From: Phoronis australis
Taxonomy: Eukaryota > Animalia > Phoronida
DNA length: 41,678 nt
Direction: 5' to 3'
Assembly: GCA_002633005.1 (NCBI GenBank)
Contig: NMRA01000631.1
Span: 197,661 to 239,338, forward strand
Part shown: piece after piece, positions 12,580-22,765 of the stretch
How the letters are laid out: each line of letters opens with the position of its first letter
Numbering within the stretch: position 1 is the stretch's first letter
The notes under the pieces: generated by a model
Databases searched by the model: none
Told to the model about the DNA's origin: nothing
Seen by the model: the letters and a program-made list of their open reading frames with translations, nothing else
Made by a program: the position numbers and the translations under genes

Positions 12580-13428
12580 TACCTAACCTGAATGGGTGCA
12601 GTTAGTTGTATTAGCACCAACTGAATGGGTGCAGTCAGTTGCATCAGCACCAAATGAATGGGTGCAGTTTGTTGTACTAGCACCAAATGAATGGATACAG
12701 TCAGTTGTATTAACACCAACTGAATGGATACTTTTAGTTTTATTAACACCAACTGAATGGATACTTTTAGTTGTATTATCACCAACTGAATGCAGTGAGT
12801 TGTATTAGCACCAAATGAATGGATACAGTCAGTTGTATTAACACCAACTGAATGGATACTTTTAGTTGTATTATCACCAACTGAATGCAGTTAGTTGTAT
12901 TAGCACCAAATGAATGGATGCAGTNACCTAACCTGAATGGGTGCAGTTAGTTGTATTAGCACCAACTGAATGGGTGCAGTCAGTTGCATCAGCACCAAAT
13001 GAATGGGTGCAGTTTGTTGTACTACCACCAAATGAATGGATACAGTCAGTTGTATTAACACCAACTGAATGGATACTTTTAGTTTTATTAACACCAACTG
13101 AATGGATACTTTTAGTTGTATTATCACCAACTGAATGCAGTTAGTTGTATTAGCACCAAATGAATGGATACAGTCAGTTGTATTAACACCAACTGAATGG
13201 ATACTTTTAGTTGTATTATCACCAACTGAATGCAGTTAGTTGTATTAGCACCAAATGAATGGATGCAGTAAGTTACATTAACACCAACTGAATGGATACT
13301 TTTAGTTGTATTATCACCAACTGAATGCATTTAGTTGTATTAGTGCCAAATGAATGGATACAGTCAGTTGTATTAACACCAACTGAATGGATACTTTTTG
13401 TTGTATTATCACCACTGAATGGGTGCAG
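12580..13428. repeat. Complex minisatellite, ~33-bp monomer with a 95-bp higher-order unit
   Basis: Monomers like TTAGTTGTATTAGCACCAACTGAATGGGTGCAG; 33+33+29 trimers start at 13141, 13236 and 13331. The array start recurs after the single N at 12925. Confidence 0.95.
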
Positions 13429-13974
13429 TGTTTGTGATACTACCCTGTACATGAACTGCACTAAAAACTCACATTTGTCAGTAGACCTCCACATGTTTTG
13501 GGATAGCTGCTCCGCCTGGCTTATAAATTTGTTCCTGACTGTCTCTGTGTGATGTAAATTACCAGTGACATGTTTGTGTATACCCAAGTAGTTCGGAGGG
13601 GGTAGGGTTATCAAGTTCTGATAACCTCAGTGGGTGTTGGTGTCGGAAAGTTTTGTTTCACATCTGATTTCTTAAACTGTTTTCAGTATCACTACTGTGT
13701 GGGAATTCCCTTAATAATCCACGGGCATTTTGTTGAAAATTATGACAAAGTCTCTTTGTTTTCATTCCTGATCTTGAAAACTGCTTCAGCTTTAGGCCAT
13801 GATTGATGAGGTTGGATCAAATAAATATTTGATCTCTCCTCACAGGATGTATAAATCACCATTGGGAGACCGAGATGGTAATTTATTTTTCAAACAGCAT
13901 AAAACGCTGTTACATGATTGGGTGATTAGCTATGATGCTACCTGGTGCAGGATGTGTTGTTTGTAAAATATTAG

Positions 13975-14049
13975 CTTGTCTTAGCTAGGGAGGGGATGGG
14001 TGTCACATACCTTGTCTTAGCTAGGGAGGGGATGGGTGTCACATACCTT
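13975..14049. repeat. Two-copy 36-bp perfect tandem duplication
   Basis: CTTGTCTTAGCTAGGGAGGGGATGGGTGTCACATAC x2. Confidence 0.95.
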
Positions 14050-14175
14050 TATAGCAATATAAAAGTGTTGGGGGCCCTTGTCTGAATTCATGCTAGATCA
14101 GTTAATTGTTGTTATCTAAATACTTGATATCAACTGCCACAATACTAAACTATACAATGTTGCACTGTTTTGCAG

Positions 14176-14249
14176 GGCCACAATTTTCGCCACAAGTGCA
14201 TTTCTAGAGGCATTTCAGAAGATAGCTGACCTCGCCACAAATTCAAGAG
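14176..14249 (+). CDS. MTSS1: MTSS1/MIM-family I-BAR (IMD) protein, internal coding exon (equivalent to vertebrate exon 3)
   Basis: Acceptor tgttttgcag, 74-nt exon continuing in phase with the previous exon (AA|G = K): (K)ATIFATSAFLEAFQKIADLATNSR(G), donor GTAAGC. Matches human TTVVAAAAFLDAFQKVADMATNTRG as recalled. Confidence 0.94.
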
Positions 14250-14760
14250 GTAAGCAGCCATATCCGAATGAGTCCCATTACGACTGTGTGACTTAAGTTC
14301 TGTCCACACACAGTTTACCCTAGTGCAACTTATCCACTCACACAGGGTAAGGCAGATGTTGTCGCTCTGTGCTTGACAATGAACAGCTGATGTGAATGTG
14401 GCACACCAAAGAAGATCCTGTAAGTGCAGCTGATAATTTATCCCATATGCGTTGAATCAATTGGCCATGTCATATTGTGTTCTGTATTCACCTCCCGACT
14501 ACTTCAACAGTGCCCTCTGAAGTGGAAAGTTCAAAAGGTAGGTCAGTGTTGACTCCACGTTGCGATCATCAAACCAAAATAGTTTAAAGTTAATAGAATT
14601 GCTGCAGTATAAATAACACTCAACATGCAATCAGGTCCCAAATGTAACATCTGGAACAAAACTGTTAATTATATGACACTTATGTCTCAGTTTTCAATTG
14701 CTAAATATTATATCGTCTGCAAGTCAGGCATCGATTCCTCGGTAACTACAATATCAAACA

Positions 14761-15807
14761 TCATAATCGCCCTAAGAAGCGCCAGCACGCGTTTTTAGAC
14801 TTCGCTGAAATAAGCGCCCAGCCCATGAACGTGTATACATGCGAAAAATGCCTTACTTACAGTTCTAAAACTCTACAGTAACGTCTTCAATTTATCAATA
14901 GTATCCGACAGTCCTGAAAAAATCATTGTGCGTGGAATTTATAGACCACAAGCCTTGTTACAATGTTGGTATTTAGCCATGACTATACACTTCAAACTTC
15001 CGCAGTGCTTCAAAAAGAATGCAAAAGTTTTGCTGATCTTGCGAGGAACGTGTCCCACTATGGTGAGGCCTTTCAGACACAGCGTACGGGATTGTATTGT
15101 ATCTTCTGCCTCAACAGGTATCCAGATTACTTTGTACACGTGAAAACCACAAATCGAAGACTAATAAAATAACTTAACCAGTGTTAAAAGCACGTGGCCA
15201 GGAAGCGCGCGCTACATACACGTAGGCCTGCTATTCTGGCAAATGAACTCTGACGACATGCACGCACTCGCTCAATCGGCACACACACGCAGACGAACTT
15301 CAAAACAAACGTCGTGACAACAACGTGTGTTCGTCCAGATTTTCTTGTGTTGCGGGGTGCGATCTGGCGCAGATTTGGACTTGATCTGTAGTTAATCCCG
15401 ACTCCACATGAACTTAGAAATCTTATGGATGCTATTTGGAAAATTGAAGGAGGATTTCAGGTAATTTGTTGAGTCGAAACTGTATTTTTATTCAAGAATT
15501 CAAGTTGCCCTATCGGTGATAGCGAGGCAGCGACACATCAGTCGGCGAGTTTCACCCTGGGATTTCTGCACAATTTTCTGAAAAAGGACCGTATTTTAAC
15601 AACGAAGTTTGATAGCAATGCACCACAATTTCGTGGATCGTCTGTCATAGGTTACAGATACATCACGGAGCATAAATTTGATGAATCCTAGCTTCCGATT
15701 TCACCCATTTCTGAGAACGGGTTTCAACTGCCTTAGGCTATAATAAGCGCCCCCCTCCCGAAACAAATTTTTCTAAGCGCCCTTGGTGCTTATTAGGGCA
15801 AATACTG
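14761..15807. mobile_element. Tc1/mariner-pogo(Tc2)-like non-autonomous element carrying a HIRAN-like remnant
   Basis: Decayed TIRs TCATAATCGCCCTAAGAAGCGCC / GGTGCTTATTAGGGCAAATACTG (inferred consensus CCGTAWTTGCCCTAATAAGCGCC); subterminal TAAGCGCCC repeats at both ends. Confidence 0.65.
14873..15160 (-). pseudogene. Decayed HIRAN-like domain ORF
   Basis: Reads SSICGFHVYKVIWIP...(PYAV in an alternative frame)...IVGHVPRKISKTFAFFLKHCGSLKCIV...GL*IPRTMIFSG...LL*. Fits the RG[YF]HVY / D.YAV / VGHVP / GLE[IV]P pattern I recall for animal stand-alone HIRAN-like proteins; has an internal stop and an apparent deletion. Confidence 0.7.
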
Positions 15808-16262
15808 TTTTGTTGTTATTTAACTATTTTCAGGAAATAGTACAAGTTCAATGAACAATTACCATTGTTTTCATCTTTGTTATCTCTTTTCAAGCAATAA
15901 ATCGTTGCATTTAAAACTGTTTCTTTTACTAGAGACAGCTTGTAACCTAACGCGCAGGTACATGCATATAGGATGTGATCCACCACGTGAACAATCTGGG
16001 TAAAGTATTTAAAAAATCTGTCAAAAAAATTAAAGAAACTTAGGAATTCGAAACGTATGGGATAAATACAAACGGTCTCGGTCGATACGCGGAATAATGT
16101 GTTGTGGGATTTTACTTCATCTACGCCACTCTTGGTAAGTTTTGTGTATTACCAGGGCTTCTGCCTTGCCCCAGGTTTGCGTCCACACAGGAATTAGAGG
16201 CGGTGCAAGTTACCCTACCGCAATAAGGTGGAGTAAGTTGTCACAAGTGGCGTAATTGGCTC

Positions 16263-17363
16263 TTGTTATGCGCCCACATATTTATATGTGGACGCATTAT
16301 GCTGTCATCTCCGTCCGTCCGTCCGGGCGGCATCTGGCGTCCGGCGTCTGGCGTCCGGCGTCCGCTGCTCTATCTCCAAAACCCTTTGACATACGGTCAT
16401 GAAATTTGGCACATATGTTCCATTCATGAATGGGACGGCATGTGCGAACTTTCGGACGGATCCGACTACCGGTGTGCCCCCTAGTGGCAATTTTAGTTTT
16501 TTACGCTTACCTTTGTATCTTCAAAAGTCCTGAACGGATTTTCATGAAATTTGGTATGTAGGCACCTAATAGTGAGATGACGCTATCCTCCCGTTTTCAG
16601 ATAGATTCGACATAGTTTGCGCCACCTAGTGGCCATTTTTACTGTTTTCGAGTCTGTATTTTTGCGTCCACCCCTCTATCAATCAAACCGCTCAAAGGAT
16701 GATTGTGAAAATTGCCGTGTATGTGCTTCCTATAAGGAAGACAGCTGACAATGATTTTCAGACGATTTGGACTACTGTGGCACCTCCTAGTGGCAGTTTT
16801 GTTTTTTTTGCGCCCATGGTTGTATCTCCCAAACCGTTTGCAGGATCTTTACTAAATTTAGCAAGTGTATTGATGTGATGTTGACAACGGACGATGACGA
16901 CTTTAGGATGATTCTGACTACCGGTATGCCTCTAGTGGCAATTTTAGTATTTGCCTCTAGTGGCAATTTATAATATTTTACATTGACCTCTGTATTTTCA
17001 TAGGTCTTCAGGTATATACTTTGTGTTACTTCGTGACTATGAAGGAAAAGTTCCAAGTAGAAATTTGTTTCTGGCATTCTAATGCTATGCTAATCTCGTA
17101 TGTTGGTAAATTTGTTTTTATTCTATGTTTCTGTGGTGCTTTAAGCAACTGGTGTATAGGATGTGCTTGTATTATGAAGATTACTCACATTTTGCCCCTA
17201 GCCTATTGAGGAGACAATGACCATGCCTTTCCATTTTGCTAAGTACAACATACTACATATATGCTCTCAACTGGCCACTTTGTGGTACCAATAAACAACC
17301 CTAGAAGGATACCGTATGCGGTGCAATTGTGGGTGCATTTCAACGCTCTGCGTTGCTCTTGTT
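16263..17363 (+). mobile_element. Helentron-associated non-autonomous element (HINE/DINE-1/pearl-like)
   Basis: 5' subTIR TTATGCGCCCAC with adjacent inverted copy GTGGACGCAT, (GTCC)n microsatellite, four ~145-160-bp core repeats, 3' subTIR GTGGGTGCAT, hairpin CAACGC-TCT-GCGTTG and terminal CTTGTT. Confidence 0.85.
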
Positions 17364-17763
17364 TAAATAACGTCCACACAGCCTCCAAACTCAGCCTCCA
17401 AAGGTAGCGTAGTGACAACTCTTGCAGGAGTAACTTGTTCTAGTTTAAGTCTGTGTGTGGACAACACTTAAACATGCTGCTACTGTATAGAATGAGGTGT
17501 GGATGGATGTGACAGTGTCACTATATGGAATGAGGTGTGGATGGATGTGGCAGTGTCACTGTGTTAAACCTACATTCTGCATAGGAAGGTCTCATTAAAT
17601 GCAGCTGATGCTGTTTTGAATGGACATCTTTGGCATGTTTTCAATGGCACTTAACCAGTAGCAAAAATGCTTCTTATATGATTGGTTACTAGGGCCATGT
17701 TTGCAGGCGTTATAGTGGCTGTTTCGGTAACTACGAAACTACTGGGGTTTTCTTAAACATTTT

Positions 17764-17854
17764 GGCAATAGTCTGATATAACGTGCCCACATTTTGAGAA
17801 CCAGTTGATGCCTGTTATGCAGTGGAGCAAACCACGTTATATCAGACTACTACC
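17764..17854. mobile_element. Mini-MITE, internally deleted copy of the 21261 family (Merlin-like termini)
   Basis: TIRs GGCAATAGTCTGATATAACGTG / CACGTTATATCAGACTACTACC; shares ACATTTTGAGAACCAGTT..GATGC..GTTAT.CAGTGGAG with 21261-21370. Confidence 0.7.
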
Positions 17855-18276
17855 AATGTTCTTGTGGGTGACTGCTTGCTTCAAGCCTACTTCCTTGGCC
17901 AGGGAACTCGTTCACCTTAAGGGAACGATTCCGTGCCCCAAGATGGGGAGATTTATTCCAGTGAGGGGAGACCTCCCCGGTCGCCATCAGTTCCACACCT
18001 TTCCCCCAGCTACCATCAATGGGTGGATAGGAATCTTCTTTGTGGTAAAGATAGGAAAACGCACTGTTACCTTAGCCTCGTTTTGTAGCCCACAGCTCAA
18101 CAGGAAAACTTTGCTGGCATTGGAAGGTTGAATACCGTAAATTTGAGTAAAACTTGAAAAAAGTGAAGCACCAACGAATAACATGAGTCGCGAAAGCGAG
18201 GCTAGAGAGCTGCTTGAGGGATGTTGCTGCATTGTGGGTAAATACGGTGAGATTCAAGTGTCAATGTGTAATCTTG

Positions 18277-18360
18277 GTACCATCCTATTGAACTTATTCA
18301 AGTCGTCATTCACTATTTGTACCATCCTATTGAACTTATTCAAGTCGTCATTCACTATTT
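18277..18360. repeat. Two-copy 42-bp perfect tandem duplication
   Basis: GTACCATCCTATTGAACTTATTCAAGTCGTCATTCACTATTT x2. Confidence 0.95.
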
Positions 18361-18945
18361 CATGGGCACATATGCATACGTGTATGCAGGTGTATGAGCA
18401 GGTATTTACCGCATGGTTGCACACGGCCCAGTTTGTCTTCAGCAGGTCAATTTCATCTGTGGTTTATTTCATTAGCACACTATAGGTGTTAGTCACCTGA
18501 ATGGTTATTATTATTATTTAAATGAGTGTATGGTGGTTTATAACTGATGAGGCCATGAAAAGACTCTCTTTGTTTTATGTTGTTATAGCCACACCAGCTG
18601 TTGGATGTTTAAGTTGGCTTTATTGACGTTTGTTTTGTCTGAGCCGGCCTTAATTTGTTTTAAACTCCCCAAAATGACCCTTTATGTTATCAGACATTGG
18701 CATATATTTTTTGCTGTAAACCTTGACCATTCCAGGAACATTCCAAGATCAACAGGTTTCTGTTGTCGTGAAAGTGCTGTTTTGTTTTGAGAAAATAACC
18801 TTGTCACCCAAGCTCTGTTATGAGTGTCAGTTTCTTGGTTGAATTTGTTGAACTGTGAGATAGGTATTCTAGGAAAGATGTAAATCGATTGAATTAGGAT
18901 GCCTATGTAGTGGTGTGAATGTGCTGTCCCAGCATGATCCTTTAA

Positions 18946-19451
18946 AGGGCCTATAATACTAATGTCGACACGTTGATGTTTTGGGGTGAGTTGCGGTCAG
19001 TAGGAATGGTTAACTTGGATCCTGGATTAAACTTAACATTGCCAGTAAACAGGTGGATTTAATAGCGGAGCGTCAAGGTTGCGGTGCGGTATGAATGGTT
19101 AACTTTGGTCTCGTCAAAGTTATCGCCAGGGGCTACTGTTATTGTCAACAATTGAAGGGCAGTGTCGTTGCTAACAGTCGCTTGTAATTTGCTTGAGTAA
19201 TTACCAATCCAGTTAGATATGAATTTTATGCCAATTAGCACATGTAGATGTTCTCAAATTGTCACATTATAAAAATTTAGCGTACACGGGATTCATCAGC
19301 GCTACCTTATGATTACTTCGATGATGACAGCATCATCTACCGTTTCCTTCGACGCCGTTAACTACCGAAGCTGGTATGAATGATTCAATTAACTTCGCAG
19401 TTTATGTCTATGCTCCCTTCATACCAGAGTTAAGTTACTATGAAAGGGCCT
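18946..19451 (-). mobile_element. PIF/Harbinger-like MITE, inverted copy of 9638-10134
   Basis: Ends AGGGCCTATAATACT / CTATGAAAGGGCCT with TWA-like flanks; internal blocks (CAGTAAACAGGTGGATTTAA, CAATTAGCACATGTA, ATTGTCACATTA) are reverse complements of the 9638 copy. Confidence 0.75.
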
Positions 19452-19498
19452 TATGCCGCCCTCAAATAATGTAAATAACTGTTGTTCAAAATGTTTTG

Positions 19499-19831
19499 CA
19501 GTGCTTGACACTAACAGCTCAATGGCTGACAGCAGGTGATTTTTGCTGTTGGGCTAGTGAAATTTGAAAGGAGCATGCCAAAGGGGCTACTAGTAGTTGA
19601 TTGGAACAATGAATTTGTATATCCAGTTGCAATAGCACACAATGTGTGTGTGGCTTAACAACTCAATAATCTGGGCAAGAAAGTTTTTCCTTCAGAGAAG
19701 GGAAATTTTTTGTTTACTTGCCTGACAAGCAAGTTAAAAAAATTACTGTTCGATAAGCCGTACGATTTGGTCAGGGGCTTGCTCATTTCACTATAATTTG
19801 CTCACAAGTCTATGATCCTGCTAGTGCCCTG
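19499..19831. mobile_element. Possible decayed hAT-like MITE
   Basis: Starts CAGTGCTTGACACTAAC, ends GCTAGTGCCCTG; no clear TSD. Confidence 0.3.
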
Positions 19832-20129
19832 TGTGAGATTGGTCTGTAGAGAACTTCATGTCTTTGGCAGGTGAACACAGTATGTTTCCATTGTCAGAGA
19901 GTTTTCCCTGACCTTAAGGTGTTTGTGTAATGTCTGAGAGGAAAAATGCTTCATTCATTTCATTCTTTGCCAGGCAAATACTGTTGATTGGCAGCATCTT
20001 TGCAAAGAATGAAACATTCAATCGTCTATTGTGCGGGCTTTTTTTCTTACTGGGTGTTTTATGAATACCTCATGCGTAAGCAACTGAAATAGGTTAACCC
20101 TCAGAGCATGGTACTCCTGCTTCATGTCG

Positions 20130-20293
20130 TCCACCATACCGCTGCATGCCCCTGCATCCACCATACCGCTGCATGCCCCTGCATCCACCATACCGCTGCA
20201 TGCCCCTGCATCCACCATACCACTGCATGCCCCTGCATCCGCCATACCGCTGCATGCCCCTGCATCCACCATACCGCTGCATGCCCCTGCATC
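20130..20293. repeat. GC-rich minisatellite, 27-bp unit x6
   Basis: TCCACCATACCGCTGCATGCCCCTGCA repeated nearly perfectly. Confidence 0.97.
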
Positions 20294-21260
20294 GTGCCTC
20301 TTCAAAGTGGAGGTCATATCAATAATCAAAGCTAGCTTACTGATTAAAGGAATTATGGAGGTGGAATTGCTCTTTATTAGAAGCAATTTCAGCTCTTTAT
20401 GGGAATCTTGCAGGGCTAGGGTCTTGCAAATTAGGTCTTCATTTCTCCCATGTAACCTTGTGGTTTTTCTGTTGATACAGCTCGAACTAATTTTAAAATG
20501 TTCTAGGTCATCCTACAATTTCCTCAATAAGTGACAAATTTGTTTCCATGGTAAAGGAGTACTTGTTTAATGTACGGAGTGGGTGAATTGCTCATAGTGA
20601 ACAAGTTAATTTTTTTTGGTATTCTTTTCTCATGCTTTTTGCTAATAGTTTACACTTAAGGCAACTTTGCAGTTTGATTGTGGACTAGAGAAAAACTTCA
20701 CAAGATAGACTACTGAACTTTTAAATTACCATAGAAAAGCAGTTGGATGATACCTCAAGATGTTTATTGGTGCAAGCGCCATACATTTGTTTTTGAACAC
20801 CTTTAGAAAAATACTTAAACTCTAACTGAATTTCACACTTTTGTGTTCGAGATGGTCTATAGTTACCTGTTTGTGATAGTGGTGACTGTCTGGTTATCAG
20901 CATAACTGGAGCACAGACAGGGTTTCACTTGGTGAACACTATTATTCCAATGAGGCAAAATGCTAACTTCACTTTCTCTTCCCTGTAATTGTGTTTTCCT
21001 AGACAATCACCAGGCCCTGCACAGAAAATGCATGGAAGTGTAATTGATAGCTAACTTCACTCTCAGTAGAGTAGAGCTGTTAGTGTTGTCATAGGATGGG
21101 CCATTGAACCTGGCATGTCAGTGTGTGTGTGGCACTTTTCTTCAGTTGACAGGGTCAGTCAATCATTGACCCAACTGCTACTATTACCTGCAGTTCAATA
21201 CCTGAGTCTAAATACTTTAGGTATAGAAAAAGTTCACCAGTTTAGCACAGAATATGGCGG

Positions 21261-21370
21261 GCTAATAGTCACATATAAGATGCACACATTTTGAGAACCA
21301 GTTTGATGCTGGTTATTCAGTGGAGAAAACTGGTTCTCAAAATGTGGGCACCTTATATTCAACCATTACC
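21261..21370. mobile_element. 110-bp fold-back mini-MITE with 8-bp TSD (Merlin-like)
   Basis: ~45-bp imperfect TIRs including CACATTTTGAGAACCAGTTT / AAACTGGTTCTCAAAATGTG; terminus GGTAAT-type; flanks TATGGCGG / TATGGCAG. Confidence 0.75.
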
Positions 21371-21992
21371 TATGGCAGAGTAGTGAAGTTTCACTTGAAT
21401 TATCTTTTTCTTTCTTGAATGAGAAGGAGTGGGCATACGAAATAAATGCTTTTATATTTTTAAGTTCTATACCATGGATCTACCTTTAGTTTGTAAACAG
21501 TTTTGTTGGTCATTGGCACCTCATTTTACCTTCAGTTTAGCCTTTTGACACCAAGCGCTAACAAATGAGCAGAAGGGATCACTCACTACACTGTTGAGTA
21601 ATTTTGACTTGTTGGGCTGGGTAACTGGATAACTAAGTGTGAATTCAATATACCTTAGCCAGAGGGCTTTTCCAGGGTATTAGAAGATCATGATCAGAAT
21701 TAGAGAGCTTTCCTTGATTAATTTGTCTGCCATCAAGGTGTAGATTGGCTTTTCGTTGTTGAAGGGAGTTCTGAGAATTCTTGGCTCTCAGATCATTTTT
21801 GTCAAAATTGGGTTTTGCAGTTTGTGAAAAGTTGTCTAATCAAAGAAATTTTGTTTTCTACAACTTGTTGCAAGAAGTTGATGAGCTAGGAACATTTTAG
21901 TTCAAATGTTGTGCTAACTACTTTTCATAAAGTGAACCGTCACCATATTGAAACCCAGGGTATCACAAAATCATGTGAATCAATAGCTGGTA

Positions 21993-22217
21993 CGGTAAAA
22001 TCTCATCAATTTTGGACAAAAATTATTGCCAAAAATTCTTTTTCATTTTCAAAGGCTATCAATGCCTACAATGTCTCAGAATTTTGTCTCACGAAAGGTA
22101 TGGTATAGACCTTTATAAATTCTGTAACCTTTATTTTGTGCGACTGATCTCTCTTAAAAAAGTGAAAAAATTTTCACGTACGACCATATTGTGGCTTAAA
22201 TTGGAGAGATTTTACCG
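21993..22217 (+). mobile_element. Tc1/mariner-like MITE (225 bp) with TA TSD
   Basis: TA|CGGTAAAATCTCATCAATTT ... AAATTGGAGAGATTTTACCG|TA. Confidence 0.8.
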
Positions 22218-22317
22218 TACTTCGTGAATAAGCTCGCAACTTTAGACTTGGAAAATGGTCACCTCCTAAGTAACATTATAGGTCAACATAAACTTATACT
22301 ACATATTGCTGTACATA

Positions 22318-22765
22318 TAGGCCCATGGGCCTATATCCGTAATAATGCCTTTTTTGTGGCCTTTTTTTACCTATTGGTGCATGCGCCTAAGTTTTGCATA
22401 TAAACCCAGATAATGTAACCTGCATAGGTACATACACTAATTCGCACATAGGCGCACTCGTTTTCTTTTTAAAAAATTTGACTTGCTTTTCTTGAACAAC
22501 ATTTTATTGAAAGTACAACTTAATTTACGTTTATAACAAACAGCATTTAAAACACAGTATCTTAAAACACATTTCATGATTGTTTATTTCTGAAATTTCT
22601 TAATAACTGGAACAAATGGGTGTCCAACAGGGGGGAAACCAGTGTGCTCATATATCCAAAATATTGCCTTTTTTCGTGGCCTTTTTACCCAAGTGGTTTG
22701 TGTACTGGTGCATACGCCTAAGTTTCATATGTAAGCGCAGTTCCGCATAGACATCCATGGGCCTA
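22318..22765. mobile_element. MITE with TAGGCCCATGG TIRs and internal direct repeats
   Basis: TAGGCCCATGG ... CCATGGGCCTA; a ~70-80-bp block (ATATCC..TGCCTTTTT..GTGGCC..TGGTGCAT.CGCCTAAGTTT) recurs near both ends; no clear TSD. Confidence 0.6.

Larger units (their letters stand above)
11120..14175 (+). other. Phase-2 GT-AG intron (3056 bp) between the two MTSS1-like exons
   Basis: GTAAGT at 11120, CAG ending at 14175; the reading frame joins correctly across it. Confidence 0.9.
14297..17467. mobile_element. Old TIR element (Harbinger-like termini) hosting two nested insertions
   Basis: Left GTTCTGTCCACACACAG, right CTGTGTGTGGACAACAC, both flanked by TTAA; internal CGTCCACACAG repeats at ~16180 and ~17371. 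Confidence 0.6.

Noticed and set aside
12580-13428. CRISPR-like array (33-bp repeats with an internal palindrome)
   Set aside because: Repeats are contiguous with no unique spacers, no cas genes, and the context is a eukaryotic intron.
20018-20534. Overlapping repeat-containing ORFs (DAGACSGMV etc.) and a possible coiled-coil remnant on the minus strand
   Set aside because: Openness is explained by the 27-bp minisatellite; the flanking peptide has no motif I recognise.
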